Origin: Thermoplasmatota archaeon
GTDB taxonomy: Archaea > Thermoplasmatota > Poseidoniia > Poseidoniales > Thalassarchaeaceae
NCBI GenBank assembly: GCA_036336595.1
Contig: JAYZFV010000032.1
Location: forward strand, 1 to 62,238
DNA length: 62,238 nucleotides
Direction of reading: 5' to 3'
Of the stretch, positions 1-9,130 are shown one piece after another. Made by a program: the position numbers and the translations under genes. Positions within the stretch are counted from its first letter, which is position 1. Every line of letters begins with the position of its first letter. The notes under the pieces are model-generated. The model was not told where the DNA came from. It saw only the letters and a program-made list of their open reading frames with translations, and ran no database searches.

Positions 1-723
1 CTGATCACACCGCGTCTGGCCCTGACAGCCGCTGAGTACCTGGCCTTCGAGCACGACTACCACGTTCTGGTCATCTACACTGATATGACGAACTACTGCG
101 AGTCACTGCGTCAGATTGGCGCTGCTCGCGAGGAGGTTCCCGGACGGCGCGGATATCCCGGTTACATGTACACAGACCTAGCCATGCTGTACGAGCGAGC
201 AGGCATCGTGAAGGGCAAGAAGGGGAGCATCACGCAGTTCCCCATCCTGACGATGCCAGGTGACGACATCACTCACCCGATACCCGACCTGTCGGGATAC
301 ATCACCGAGGGACAGATCGTCATCTCGCGTGAGTTGCACCAGAAGGGCATCTACCCCCCCATCAACGTCCTGCCATCTTTGTCTCGTCTGATGAATGCTG
401 GAATAGGGGAGGGCAAAACCCGCGAGGACCACAAGTCGGTCTCCGACCAACTGTACGCAGCCTACGCCCAAGGCCGCGAGCTCAGGGGGCTGGTGGCGAT
501 TGTTGGAGAGGACGCCCTCAACGAGCGCGACCTGCAGCTACTGAAGTTCTCAGACATCTTCGAGGATCAGTTCCTCAGGCAGAGCCGTGACGAAGACCGC
601 TCGATAACGGAGGGTACGCTCGACCTCGCGTGGAACCTCCTGACCAACATCGACACCAAGTACCTCGTCAGACTGGACCAGAAGTGGATAGACAAGTACC
701 ACCCGACTGAGAGAAAGTCGTGA
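1..723 (+). CDS. atpB: A/V-type ATP synthase subunit B (5' end cut by window edge)
   Basis: Frame 1 is open from nt 1 ([34 protein letters not shown]...). B-subunit hallmarks present: [55 protein letters not shown]. Followed by subunit D as in archaeal atp operons. Confidence 0.93.
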   Translation: MITPRLALTAAEYLAFEHDYHVLVIYTDMTNYCESLRQIGAAREEVPGRRGYPGYMYTDLAMLYERAGIVKGKKGSITQFPILTMPGDDITHPIPDLSGYITEGQIVISRELHQKGIYPPINVLPSLSRLMNAGIGEGKTREDHKSVSDQLYAAYAQGRELRGLVAIVGEDALNERDLQLLKFSDIFEDQFLRQSRDEDRSITEGTLDLAWNLLTNIDTKYLVRLDQKWIDKYHPTERKS

Positions 724-752
724 ACCGGAGAGGGGCACTGAGGGGGTAGAAC

Positions 753-1370
753 ATGGCTCTTGACATCAAGCCAACCAGGTCCGAGCTGATCAACCTCAAG
801 CGTCGCATCAAGCAAACCGAAAACGGATACAATCTACTGAAGATGAAGCGGGACGGGCTGTTCCACGAGTTCAGGACCTTACTCTCGGAGATGATTTCGG
901 CCAGAGAGGAGCTCGTCGGAACGTACCGCGATGCGGTTCAGTCAATCAGCCTAGCGAGCGCCATCGAGGGAGGTCTGGCGGTCAAAAGCGCCGCCAGCGC
1001 CATCTCCCGTCACCCCGAGGTGACCGTTACCCGCCGCAATATCATGGGGGTAGTCGTCCCCAATGTGGTCGGGATCAATCTGACCACCACCTTCGACGAG
1101 CGAGGGACCGGACTTATCGGTGGCTCGGCGTACATCGACGAAGCCTCGGATGCCTACTCGTCCCTAGTCGTCAAGATAGTCAAGGCCGCGGAGATGGAGG
1201 CTACCCTCAAACGCCTTCTAGTGGAGATCGAGGCGACCAAGCGCAGGGTAAATGCCCTCGAGTACGTGGTAATTCCCCAGATGGAAGAGGCTCGGAACTT
1301 CATACAACTCCGGCTCGAAGAGATGGAACGCGAGGAGACCTTCCGCCTGAAGCGCTTCAAGAACAAATGA
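753..1370 (+). CDS. atpD: A/V-type ATP synthase subunit D
   Basis: MALDIKPTRSELINLKRRIKQTENGYNLLKMKRDGL... plus a C-terminal coiled-coil (ATKRRVNALEYVVIP) typical of subunit D. Lies 29 nt after atpB. Confidence 0.9.
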   Translation: MALDIKPTRSELINLKRRIKQTENGYNLLKMKRDGLFHEFRTLLSEMISAREELVGTYRDAVQSISLASAIEGGLAVKSAASAISRHPEVTVTRRNIMGVVVPNVVGINLTTTFDERGTGLIGGSAYIDEASDAYSSLVVKIVKAAEMEATLKRLLVEIEATKRRVNALEYVVIPQMEEARNFIQLRLEEMEREETFRLKRFKNK

Positions 1371-1424
1371 GAGGACATGTCCCTACTGCCATAGAGCGAG
1401 GGGTCAAATCGGACCCCCTCCCGC

Positions 1425-3863
1425 ATGGCTCTGTCGGGTGAGCATATGTCAGATTCCGAGCCCATCGTCATCGATATCGAGACTTGGGGGGCACAGGAAC
1501 TGTACGAGGTGATCACCGCGAGGTACTTCGTCCTAGGTAACGAAGGGGCAATTCCCGCATCCTGGGAGGTTCGGGGGCTCGATGGAAAGAACACGAGCGA
1601 TCAGTTGGTTCGTCTGAATAGGCACCTAGAACCGCTAGGCATGGTGGGTGTTCTCGAGGACAGGAATCCACCCACGCTCTCGATCACCCACTATCCCTCG
1701 AGTCATTCTGTTCTGCGAACGTGGCAACAGGCCATCGTGTGGTTCCTCATGGCGGGATTCATGACCATGGTCGGCGCTAGTTGGCTTGCGAGATATGATT
1801 CTGAGAGCAGCGCCCTCCAAGCAGGCGCGGTCAGCCAATCCGCCCTATTCTTCACGCTCCCCATCGTGGCCTCGCTCCTGATGGCCAGCCAGTTGAGAAG
1901 TATCGTTGCAAAGCGTTACGGTGTCGAGATTGGCCACCTGGTCCCAATCGTATTTCCCATTCCGACGCCCTCTTGGCCTTTCGGAATAATCGGTGCCATG
2001 GGGCAGCGCCGTACCGACCTTCTGCCTATGCCCAATCGAAGGGCCCTTGGACTCATCGAGATCGTAGTTCCTCTGACGCTCTTCGTTGCCGGCACTTCGC
2101 TTACCATGGTCGGCTTGAGCATCACATCCAGCACTCCGCCGAGCCTCGACGAGGCACCCGTCATCTTCGAGGCCAATGCGATAGTCCAGATTCTCTCTGC
2201 GTCCTGGTTGGGGGGAGACTTCGGCATCAGGCTCCAGTGGCTTCACCCCACTGGAATCGCGGGTATCGGCCTGTCTATCGTAGGCTGGGGGCTGATGCTG
2301 CCGATTCCGGGATTCCCAGGTGACAGGGCGCTGCACTCCCTGATCGGTCCATCTGAGATGAGGGACAGCAGCATCCAGACGTCCATCTTCGTCGTGATGC
2401 TGGCAGTTCTGGTGCTCGTGTTCACCACCTCGGACTACATGCCGTGGATCTTCCTCGCTGCTGTCGGGGCGTGGCAGAGGTTCAGCCCCGAGATCGTTCC
2501 ACAGCCATTTGTCGTGGACGAGTACGCTGGATTGGACGATCAGGTGAGGGGGCGACTCGCTTCCATAGTGCTCGTCGTGCTGATTGCCGGCTTCCCGGGC
2601 ATGATGCCCTCGAGCCTGTTAGACGACTACGATGCGGGGCTCTCTACCGATAGTTGGCCCGATGAGCTTGCGGTTCAGCCTGGCGAGGAGTTATCCTACT
2701 CACTAGTGCTCGAGCCTGAAGGGGTCCTACCGGTAACAGGATGGCTGCAGATGCGAATCGAGGGGGGGATGGCGGGCCAATGGGGCATCTCATCCGAATG
2801 TCTCGACATGCGGGGTAATTGCCCGTTCTCAGGCGTCCTACAAGCAAACAAGGGCGAGGTCCCCATCACAATCACCCCACCTGAGGCCAGTGTCGTTCCA
2901 CACTCCCTGAGAATCCTGATCGATGTCCAGGGGAACCAGAAGGAGCACGTCATCGGGCTCATTCACGCTGACTCCTCCGGACCGCTCCAGACGTTCTGGG
3001 CCCTTGTGGACGGTGGCGTCGCCCCATTGATCTGCATTGACGTGAGAATCTCAGAGGGCGATTCCGGCAACCTGACCACAAATGACCCGTATTGGGACTT
3101 CGCGAACGATACCGAGCTGCGCCCTGGAATGCAAGAGATCTGCCTGAGAGGGCATGAGGGGGCAGTGCAGTCCTCCGAGGGCACGGACGAGCAACACAGG
3201 AAGTTAGGCCCCGAGGTAGTGTTCGAACGCGACGACGGCTCGAACGAGACCTGGCAATTGGCAATCGAGGGCTCCGAGCCGGCATTGCATATCTCTGGGG
3301 GGGAGTGGTCGCTCCCGAGTTGGTTCGCAGCCGGCTCTGAGAACGTCATCTACCATGCTGACAGCGGCTCGGCATTCTGCCCATCTGGCGATATGGCCGC
3401 AGAGGTGGACACGAACGAGAACTGGTCGAGGACGCTCGAGGACTACTCGCCCATCCAAATCGCCGGTGATCGTAGTGGGAACGGAACTCTGGGCCTAGGT
3501 GACATTGGCTGGATGGCCGTGTGCTCGGGAGACGGTATGGTCGAGTCCTATCGAATCGTTGAGGGAGTGGACGTGTTGATCGTCCCAGGTAGCATCGGAC
3601 AGGGGCTAGACGCCTCTGAGTTCGTCGTTCACAACAGGGGCGGCGAACAGCTTGCGGTCTCTGTCGAATGGCACGGGGACTCTCCAGAGAGCGACATCTG
3701 GGGCGTTTCCATACCTGATTTCGTCGAGCCAGGTGGCTCGGCCGTAGTGGAGGCCCTCCCCACTGGTGAGCTCCCGCTTCATCGAGCCTTGTGGGTATAC
3801 GCGGACGAAGATGGGATCGTAGTCCACCTTGCCGCCCGTTGCCCGACAGTGGGGTGCGCATGA
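1425..3863 (+). CDS. Polytopic membrane protein with a degenerate M50 (site-2 protease-like) core and a large C-terminal extracytoplasmic domain
   Basis: The segment AKRYGVEIGHLVPIVFPIPTPSWPFGIIGAMGQRRTDLLPMPNRRALGLIEIVVPL is colinear with the M50B pattern HExxH-x-ARRxGV..P.FIPF...GTFGAVI...P.PNRRALFDIG. ASQLRS sits where HExxH is expected. Multiple TM helices are followed by about 400 aa of non-membrane, beta-rich-looking sequence. Confidence 0.7.
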   Translation: MALSGEHMSDSEPIVIDIETWGAQELYEVITARYFVLGNEGAIPASWEVRGLDGKNTSDQLVRLNRHLEPLGMVGVLEDRNPPTLSITHYPSSHSVLRTWQQAIVWFLMAGFMTMVGASWLARYDSESSALQAGAVSQSALFFTLPIVASLLMASQLRSIVAKRYGVEIGHLVPIVFPIPTPSWPFGIIGAMGQRRTDLLPMPNRRALGLIEIVVPLTLFVAGTSLTMVGLSITSSTPPSLDEAPVIFEANAIVQILSASWLGGDFGIRLQWLHPTGIAGIGLSIVGWGLMLPIPGFPGDRALHSLIGPSEMRDSSIQTSIFVVMLAVLVLVFTTSDYMPWIFLAAVGAWQRFSPEIVPQPFVVDEYAGLDDQVRGRLASIVLVVLIAGFPGMMPSSLLDDYDAGLSTDSWPDELAVQPGEELSYSLVLEPEGVLPVTGWLQMRIEGGMAGQWGISSECLDMRGNCPFSGVLQANKGEVPITITPPEASVVPHSLRILIDVQGNQKEHVIGLIHADSSGPLQTFWALVDGGVAPLICIDVRISEGDSGNLTTNDPYWDFANDTELRPGMQEICLRGHEGAVQSSEGTDEQHRKLGPEVVFERDDGSNETWQLAIEGSEPALHISGGEWSLPSWFAAGSENVIYHADSGSAFCPSGDMAAEVDTNENWSRTLEDYSPIQIAGDRSGNGTLGLGDIGWMAVCSGDGMVESYRIVEGVDVLIVPGSIGQGLDASEFVVHNRGGEQLAVSVEWHGDSPESDIWGVSIPDFVEPGGSAVVEALPTGELPLHRALWVYADEDGIVVHLAARCPTVGCA

Positions 3864-4813
3864 TGCGTATCGCAGTCCTCGGCGTGGGTTCGGTCGGAGG
3901 GGTTCTGGTCGGTGCTCTCGCTGACACCGAAGTTGGGCTGCTATGCGTATCCAGGGGGGAGACCGCCGCCTCCTTACGAGTTGGGTTGGTGATTCACACT
4001 CCCGAGGGCGCGATAGAGATGGTATCTCCGGACCGCTATGACGTCCTGGGTACCGAGGAGGGGCCGGTTCCCGACGCGCACGTCGGTACTTGCGACGTAG
4101 CCATCATTGCCGGTAAGGCCTCGACGACACCAATTCTAGCATCGCTAGCCGAGGAGGTCCTGTCACCGGGTGGGCTCGCCATCAGCATCCAGAATGGACT
4201 GGGGCACGCCGAGACGCTCGCGCAAAGGGTAGGTCGCAAGCGCGTCCTCGGAGGCTCGACCACCCACTCTGCGTGGAGGGACGGAGGTGGCGCAGTACAT
4301 TGGTCCGGCAGGGGCGCGGTCGAGTTCGGGGGACTGGACGGAGGCGACATGGCTGGTGTTTCGGCGGAGTTTCACGATGCGCTGGAGGTGGCGGGTCTGA
4401 ACCCCAAGTGGTCCGCTGACATTCAGAGTGTGATCTGGAGGAAGCTGCTCATCAACGTCGCCATAAACCCGGTTTGCGCCATCGCCGGAGTTCGCAACGG
4501 CGCCCTCGCTCAGATGCCCGAGCTGTGGGAGCAGTCGATAGAGTCCTTGCGAGAGGCCGAGCTCGTCGCTCGGGCGGCTGGGATCGATATGGGCGATGGT
4601 GACATCGAGGACTACCTACGCAAGGTCGTCATAGCCACTGCGGGCAACCGAGTCTCCATGCTGCAAGACCTGATGGCAGGGCGAAAGACAGAGATCGACG
4701 CACTTTGTGGTGAGGTAGTTGCCAAGGGGGGGGAATTGGGTGTGCCGACCCCTAGGAACGAGATGCTGCTTGCACTGGTCAGGGGCATAGAGATGTCCCA
4801 GAACCACGACTAG
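3860..4813 (+). CDS. panE: 2-dehydropantoate 2-reductase (ApbA/PanE family)
   Basis: MMRIAVLGVGSVGGVL Rossmann N-terminus; WRKLLINVAINPVCAI and GRKTEIDALCGEVV motifs. Start chosen at the ATG overlapping the upstream stop (ATGA); the longer ORF from 3791 is Arg/Pro-rich read-through. Confidence 0.8.
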   Translation: MMRIAVLGVGSVGGVLVGALADTEVGLLCVSRGETAASLRVGLVIHTPEGAIEMVSPDRYDVLGTEEGPVPDAHVGTCDVAIIAGKASTTPILASLAEEVLSPGGLAISIQNGLGHAETLAQRVGRKRVLGGSTTHSAWRDGGGAVHWSGRGAVEFGGLDGGDMAGVSAEFHDALEVAGLNPKWSADIQSVIWRKLLINVAINPVCAIAGVRNGALAQMPELWEQSIESLREAELVARAAGIDMGDGDIEDYLRKVVIATAGNRVSMLQDLMAGRKTEIDALCGEVVAKGGELGVPTPRNEMLLALVRGIEMSQNHD

Positions 4814-5478
4814 GCAGTAGTGGCCTTGTAAGCGTAAGCAGCCGCGCAGCCGCCTGCTATCTGAGGGGCCAGATGCATCCAAACATCGGTCGGCTCCAGC
4901 GCCCCTGAGGCCAACAGGGAGGTGGTTACCGCAGGGTTGAACGAGGCGCCGGAGATGCCACCCACAGTCAGAGCGCCAGCGAGGACGACGAAGGCTATCG
5001 CGGCGCCGTAGTACTGGTTGCCCTCAGTCGCTTCCGAGGTCGCGACGTGAAGGATCACGTATGCTAAAGCGAAAGTGAACAGCAGCTCGGCGGTCACGGC
5101 CGATGTCGGGTCCATGACGAGGGGTGTGACATCGGTGTCGCTCACCAGCAAGTTTCCCGCGACAAGAGCGGCAATCGCCCCGGCGACGACTTGTGCGAGG
5201 ATGTACGGCACGACGTCGGACCTGTCACAAGCCCCCCTCAAGTAGACGGATATCGTTACGGCGGGGTTGTAGTGTGCACCCGAGACGTGGCCTCCAGCGT
5301 ATATCATCACCATCAGCGTGGAGCCGATGGCAAAGGGCGCCATTGCCCCTGCGGACCCCATTACCGCTGCTGTGCAGACCGTCAGTGACAGGAAGAAGGT
5401 CCCAATGAACTCCGTTATCAGCTTGGCCTGCATGGTGTGCTCCGACATGGTACCTCGGCTTCGCGCGCCGTCCATCAA
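4810..5478 (-). CDS. Aquaporin / MIP-family channel
   Basis: Two NPA boxes (HYNPAVT and SFNPAVT) and six hydrophobic segments. The start overlaps the upstream fpg stop by 4 nt; alternative ATGs at 5448 and 5433. Confidence 0.9.
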   Translation of the reverse strand: MMDGARSRGTMSEHTMQAKLITEFIGTFFLSLTVCTAAVMGSAGAMAPFAIGSTLMVMIYAGGHVSGAHYNPAVTISVYLRGACDRSDVVPYILAQVVAGAIAALVAGNLLVSDTDVTPLVMDPTSAVTAELLFTFALAYVILHVATSEATEGNQYYGAAIAFVVLAGALTVGGISGASFNPAVTTSLLASGALEPTDVWMHLAPQIAGGCAAAYAYKATTA

Positions 5479-6368
5479 CGTGGGCAGACGGGACAGAAGA
5501 ATGTCGATCTGTTGGACTGAACGATCCTGCTGACCGTTCCCGAGCAGCCGTCCCCGAGGCAGGGCTCGTCCTCCCTGCCGTAGACCAGAAAGTTGTGCGT
5601 GAAGTACCCCATCGCGTCATCCCCGTCGACGCCACGGAAGTCCTGCAGGGTCGAGCCGCCGGCGTCGATTGCCTCGGTGATGACGTCGTGCGTCGCACCG
5701 GTGATCCTCTCTACACTCCCGGACACCGCCGTCCTGCCAGCCACGCTGGCTGCAGATCTCCTAGGAGAGACCCCTGCGCGATGCAGGATCTCGCAGACGT
5801 AGATGTTGCCTAGTCCCGCCACAGTCTTCTGGTCCAGCAGAGCGGACTTGATAGGAGTCCTTCGGCCCCTAAGTCCCTCCGCTAGTTCCATTGGGGTCAA
5901 GTGATTGGGGGTCGGCTCGGGCCCGAGGCTTGCGAGCAGCTTGTGGCTGTCCTGCTGGTCCGTGGGAAAGCAGTCCATGATCCCAAATCGACGATGGTCG
6001 GAGTAGACTGCCCTGCTTCCGTTCCCAAGGTGAATGACGACCCAGTCGTGGGGGCCCTCGCCGCTTCCCACCGAAGCCCCGTTGGCGAACCTCCCTGGCC
6101 TGCTCTCGAGATCGTCCCCCAGCAGGGTCCATCGGCCGCTCATCCCCAAGTGGCAGAGCCATGTGAGTCCCCCCTCAAGCCTGATCAGGAGGTACTTTGC
6201 ACGCCGGTCCACCCGCTCGACCAGCCTTCCTTGGAGCATGCCACCGAATCCCTCCGGGAATGGGAATCTGAGATCCCCCCTACGGAGTTCCACGTCCCTG
6301 ATCCGCCGACCCGCGAAGTGTCGCTCGAGACCACGACGGACCGTCTCGACCTCGGGCAACTCGGGCAC
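5475..6368 (-). CDS. mutM: Formamidopyrimidine-DNA glycosylase (Fpg/Nei family)
   Basis: Canonical N-terminus MPELPEVETVRRGL (catalytic Pro2/Glu3), H2TH region LLDQKTVAGLGNIYVCEILHRAG, and a C-terminal zinc finger (CLGDGC...FFCPVC). Confidence 0.88.
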   Translation of the reverse strand: MPELPEVETVRRGLERHFAGRRIRDVELRRGDLRFPFPEGFGGMLQGRLVERVDRRAKYLLIRLEGGLTWLCHLGMSGRWTLLGDDLESRPGRFANGASVGSGEGPHDWVVIHLGNGSRAVYSDHRRFGIMDCFPTDQQDSHKLLASLGPEPTPNHLTPMELAEGLRGRRTPIKSALLDQKTVAGLGNIYVCEILHRAGVSPRRSAASVAGRTAVSGSVERITGATHDVITEAIDAGGSTLQDFRGVDGDDAMGYFTHNFLVYGREDEPCLGDGCSGTVSRIVQSNRSTFFCPVCPR

Positions 6369-6460
6369 GGCTCTCGATTTAGCAGAAGGGCCATTACCCT
6401 TGGGAATCCAAGAGTATTGGTCATCGTAGGGTTAATCTTCAATGAAACCACCGGAATATC

Positions 6461-6847
6461 ATGGAGCAGGATTCGGAGGCACCGGACACCATCGTGCTAG
6501 ACGGTAGCCCCAACGTCTCGGAGGGATCTGCGCCCGAACAGATCTACGTCCAGGGGGGCCAATTAGGGCCGGGCGGGCTGCCTCCGACGACCAACGCAAC
6601 CGTGGCGCTTGTCCTTACCATAGTGGGCCTGGTGATGTGCGGGCTTTGCACTGCAATACCCGGACTCATTCTCGCGAACGGTGCCCTCGCGACAACGAAC
6701 CAATACCCGGGGCACCCGGATGCAGGCGTTGCCAAGGCGGCACAGGTAGTCGGATGGGTTACAATAGTAATTTGGTCGCTGATAATATTGCTGTACGTGG
6801 CAATCTTCGGCTTCGTTGGCCTTGCAATTTGGTCAGAAGGCGCCTAG
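6461..6847 (+). CDS. Small membrane protein (DUF4190-like)
   Basis: Two long hydrophobic helices (VALVLTIVGLVMCGLCTAIPGLILA; VVGWVTIVIWSLIILLYVAIFGFVGLAIW) after an acidic N-terminus. The family assignment is by resemblance only. Confidence 0.5.
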   Translation: MEQDSEAPDTIVLDGSPNVSEGSAPEQIYVQGGQLGPGGLPPTTNATVALVLTIVGLVMCGLCTAIPGLILANGALATTNQYPGHPDAGVAKAAQVVGWVTIVIWSLIILLYVAIFGFVGLAIWSEGA

Positions 6848-7588
6848 AGAGCATCTGAAGACCACGTGCTGCTCCTCCAGTCCTGCGAGGTCTATCCTCT
6901 CGACCACCTCAAGATCTGACTCCCCCAGAACGCGTGCAGCCTTGGCGAAGCGGGAGTCGTCATCACCGTCCGATGCCCGCTCGCTGGCAGCCTTCAGGCT
7001 TAGCAGGCCCACGCCACCCGGTGCGAGGAAGGCGGCTGCCATCCTGACGAAGGTCTCGGCCTGGTCGGCGATGCTGAGGTCCTGGTGAATCCAGTCGGCC
7101 CTGCCCCTGATGAAGGGGGCGACCGTCCCGGGGTGCCGGGCATCGCCCAGTACGGGGACCAGGCCACTCCTGCGTTCGGCCAAGGTCGCCAGGTCCCTCA
7201 TCATCCGAGGGGAAATCTCGACTGCGACGACCTGTCCGCCGTGGTGGTTGTCCGCTCCGCAGACGATGTCGTGGATGTGGCTGACAGTCCCGCCGCTAGA
7301 GGCTCCGAGGTAGAGGCAGGTGGAGCCGGTCTGAGGGAGCAGTTCTGAGGGCTCGCCCCCGGTCCTCTGAAGGGCTGCGGCAACCTTCGACTTGGCAGGG
7401 TCCCACTTCCTCCACTCGATCCGCCCGTCCCTCTTCCGACGCTCGCCCCTGACCGATACGCCCCTCACGGCGTTCCGCGACCACAGGCTTCTGCCCTCCC
7501 TCCTCGCTCCCCAACCGAGCGGGACAGGACTTTTGGGCAGGAAATCACCTCCTCTTCGGCGGTTTGGGGAACTTCGCCTTGATGGCAT
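6833..7588 (-). CDS. flpA: Fibrillarin (C/D box sRNP 2'-O-methyltransferase)
   Basis: EWRKWDPAKSKVAAAL, CLYLGASSGGTVSHIHDIV and VVAVEISPRMMRDL (SAM-binding motifs). Immediately downstream of nop5 as in most archaea. The start is uncertain: ATG 7588 lies 44 nt inside nop5, and alternatives are CTG 7540 or GTG 7468. The 412-aa ORF to 8071 is read-through. Confidence 0.85.
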   Translation of the reverse strand: MPSRRSSPNRRRGGDFLPKSPVPLGWGARREGRSLWSRNAVRGVSVRGERRKRDGRIEWRKWDPAKSKVAAALQRTGGEPSELLPQTGSTCLYLGASSGGTVSHIHDIVCGADNHHGGQVVAVEISPRMMRDLATLAERRSGLVPVLGDARHPGTVAPFIRGRADWIHQDLSIADQAETFVRMAAAFLAPGGVGLLSLKAASERASDGDDDSRFAKAARVLGESDLEVVERIDLAGLEEQHVVFRCSLGAF

Positions 7589-8549
7589 CGACCTGCCTGT
7601 TAATCTCGTCGACCTGCTCCTGACTCCACGGTACACCGCCGAAGTGATCGACTCGGACGGCGATGCTCGCCTTGCCTGCAAGGAAGCGGGCGATCTTGCC
7701 GCGAACCCATCTGGGGGAGCGGCTAACCTGGGGCATGGAGAACAGGACTGCTCCGTGCTTTGGAGGGGGGGCTCCCCTCCTGTGAGCTGCCATAGCCGCA
7801 TGGGCGCCGAGAACCTGCAGGGAGCCCGAGGGCATCCTGGACAGGCGCTCTCTGCCACCTGCGAGGACCACGAGCTTGGCTGCGCCGAGCGGGCCGATGA
7901 GAGCGCTGAGCGATGGTATGTGTCTGGAGGCAATCTCTCGGATTGCGTCCTCGTGCTCTTGCAGCCTCCGGGTTGATGCGACGACGCCACAAGCGTGGCT
8001 CTTGAGCGCCCCCCACTCGATTTCCGTTGGCGCATGCACGGGAGGGGCGACGCCGAGGGCCTCGGCTGCATCTGCGATCTTCGAAGCGTCTGCTATCGCC
8101 GAAGGGATCTGGGGCCTCTGGCCATCCAAGTCTGCCTCGGTGATGAATAGCCCCGCCCACTCGACGCAGCGTGCCTCGTTCGTCGTCCAGGCCGACCTCA
8201 GCTCTACGGTAGCGGAGACTAGCATGTCTAAGCGTCTGTCGACATCGCCTGCTGCATCCGCCACGCCTCTCTTGGCCAGCATCGTGGTAGCCTCTTGTAG
8301 GAGTTTTCTCCCCTCCTCGTCGAGTTCAGGCCAATCGGGATCGGAGATAGCGCCGAGAGGATCTGGTGTCGCCCCGGGGAAGCGGTCGAGGAGGGTCCTC
8401 GTCTCCGAGACGAGCCTGCCTGCTTGGAGTTGAGCGAGCCGATCGGTGAGGGTGGAAAGTGTTCTGTGCCCGTCCCAAGCGATCTCGTCCAGCACGTTTC
8501 CGTCTTCGTCGAGAACACGTGCCAACCTCCAGTCATAGTGGATTTTCAC
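7545..8549 (-). CDS. nop5: Nop5 (Nop56/58) C/D box sRNP protein
   Basis: Nop-domain sequence LGAAKLVVLAGGRERLSRMPSGSLQVLGAHAAMAAHRRGAPPPKHGAVLF...RWVRGKIARFLAGKASIAVRVD, with a basic C-terminal tail. Confidence 0.9.
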   Translation of the reverse strand: MKIHYDWRLARVLDEDGNVLDEIAWDGHRTLSTLTDRLAQLQAGRLVSETRTLLDRFPGATPDPLGAISDPDWPELDEEGRKLLQEATTMLAKRGVADAAGDVDRRLDMLVSATVELRSAWTTNEARCVEWAGLFITEADLDGQRPQIPSAIADASKIADAAEALGVAPPVHAPTEIEWGALKSHACGVVASTRRLQEHEDAIREIASRHIPSLSALIGPLGAAKLVVLAGGRERLSRMPSGSLQVLGAHAAMAAHRRGAPPPKHGAVLFSMPQVSRSPRWVRGKIARFLAGKASIAVRVDHFGGVPWSQEQVDEINRQVDAIKAKFPKPPKRR

Positions 8550-8678
8550 ACGTCACCCAAGACGCATTTCCGCTTGAACGGTGCGGAAGGCATCGAAAAG
8601 CGTTCGAACGAATGGTTGAAGAGTCAGTCGGGTCAGCGATGCTTGGTTCGCGTTTCTGCGGTAATGGTGCGTGAGAGC

Positions 8679-9059
8679 ATGTTCTGTCCCGAGTGTGGTT
8701 CTCTATCCTACCCCGATTCCAAGGGTTGGGTGAAGTGCCCCGACTACAAATGCGGATATGAGGGGCCCTTGTCAGGAACAGATGGGAAGGGCTCCGAATT
8801 CACCGACCCGATGACCGGGGAGACCATCGATCTCTCCAAGACGAGGGCGACCACTGACTCCAAGTCCCTCAAACACCTGACTGAGGTGGTTGAGGAGGAG
8901 GGACCCAGGGGCACGCTTAGGGTCGGCGACTACATCTGTCCCAAATGCGATGGCGACAGGACCTTCGTCGAGCTTCGTCAGACTAGGGCCTCGGACGAAC
9001 CTGAGACCAAGATTTGCACATGCGAGACCTGTGGCCACAGGTGGCGGGAGTACCAGTAA
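8679..9059 (+). CDS. tfs: Transcription factor S (TFS / RpoM-like)
   Basis: N-terminal Zn ribbon MFCPECG...CPDYKCG. C-terminal Zn ribbon CPKCDG...CETCGH with the acidic hairpin QTRASDEPET. Alternative ATG at 8664; the 211-aa ORF from 8424 is upstream read-through. Confidence 0.85.
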   Translation: MFCPECGSLSYPDSKGWVKCPDYKCGYEGPLSGTDGKGSEFTDPMTGETIDLSKTRATTDSKSLKHLTEVVEEEGPRGTLRVGDYICPKCDGDRTFVELRQTRASDEPETKICTCETCGHRWREYQ

Positions 9060-9130
9060 TCTCACCGATGTGACTCACCAAGAAGCATCAAGAGCCTTCT
9101 ATTACGAAAAGGACGAGAGGGCGTGTGCGG

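Noticed and set aside
7589-8071. Upstream 160 codons of the 412-aa ORF 6833..8071 (apparently a long N-terminal extension of fibrillarin).
   Set aside because: It lies entirely within nop5 in another frame. It is Arg/Ser/Pro-rich and has no fibrillarin similarity. This is a typical open alternative frame in GC-rich DNA.
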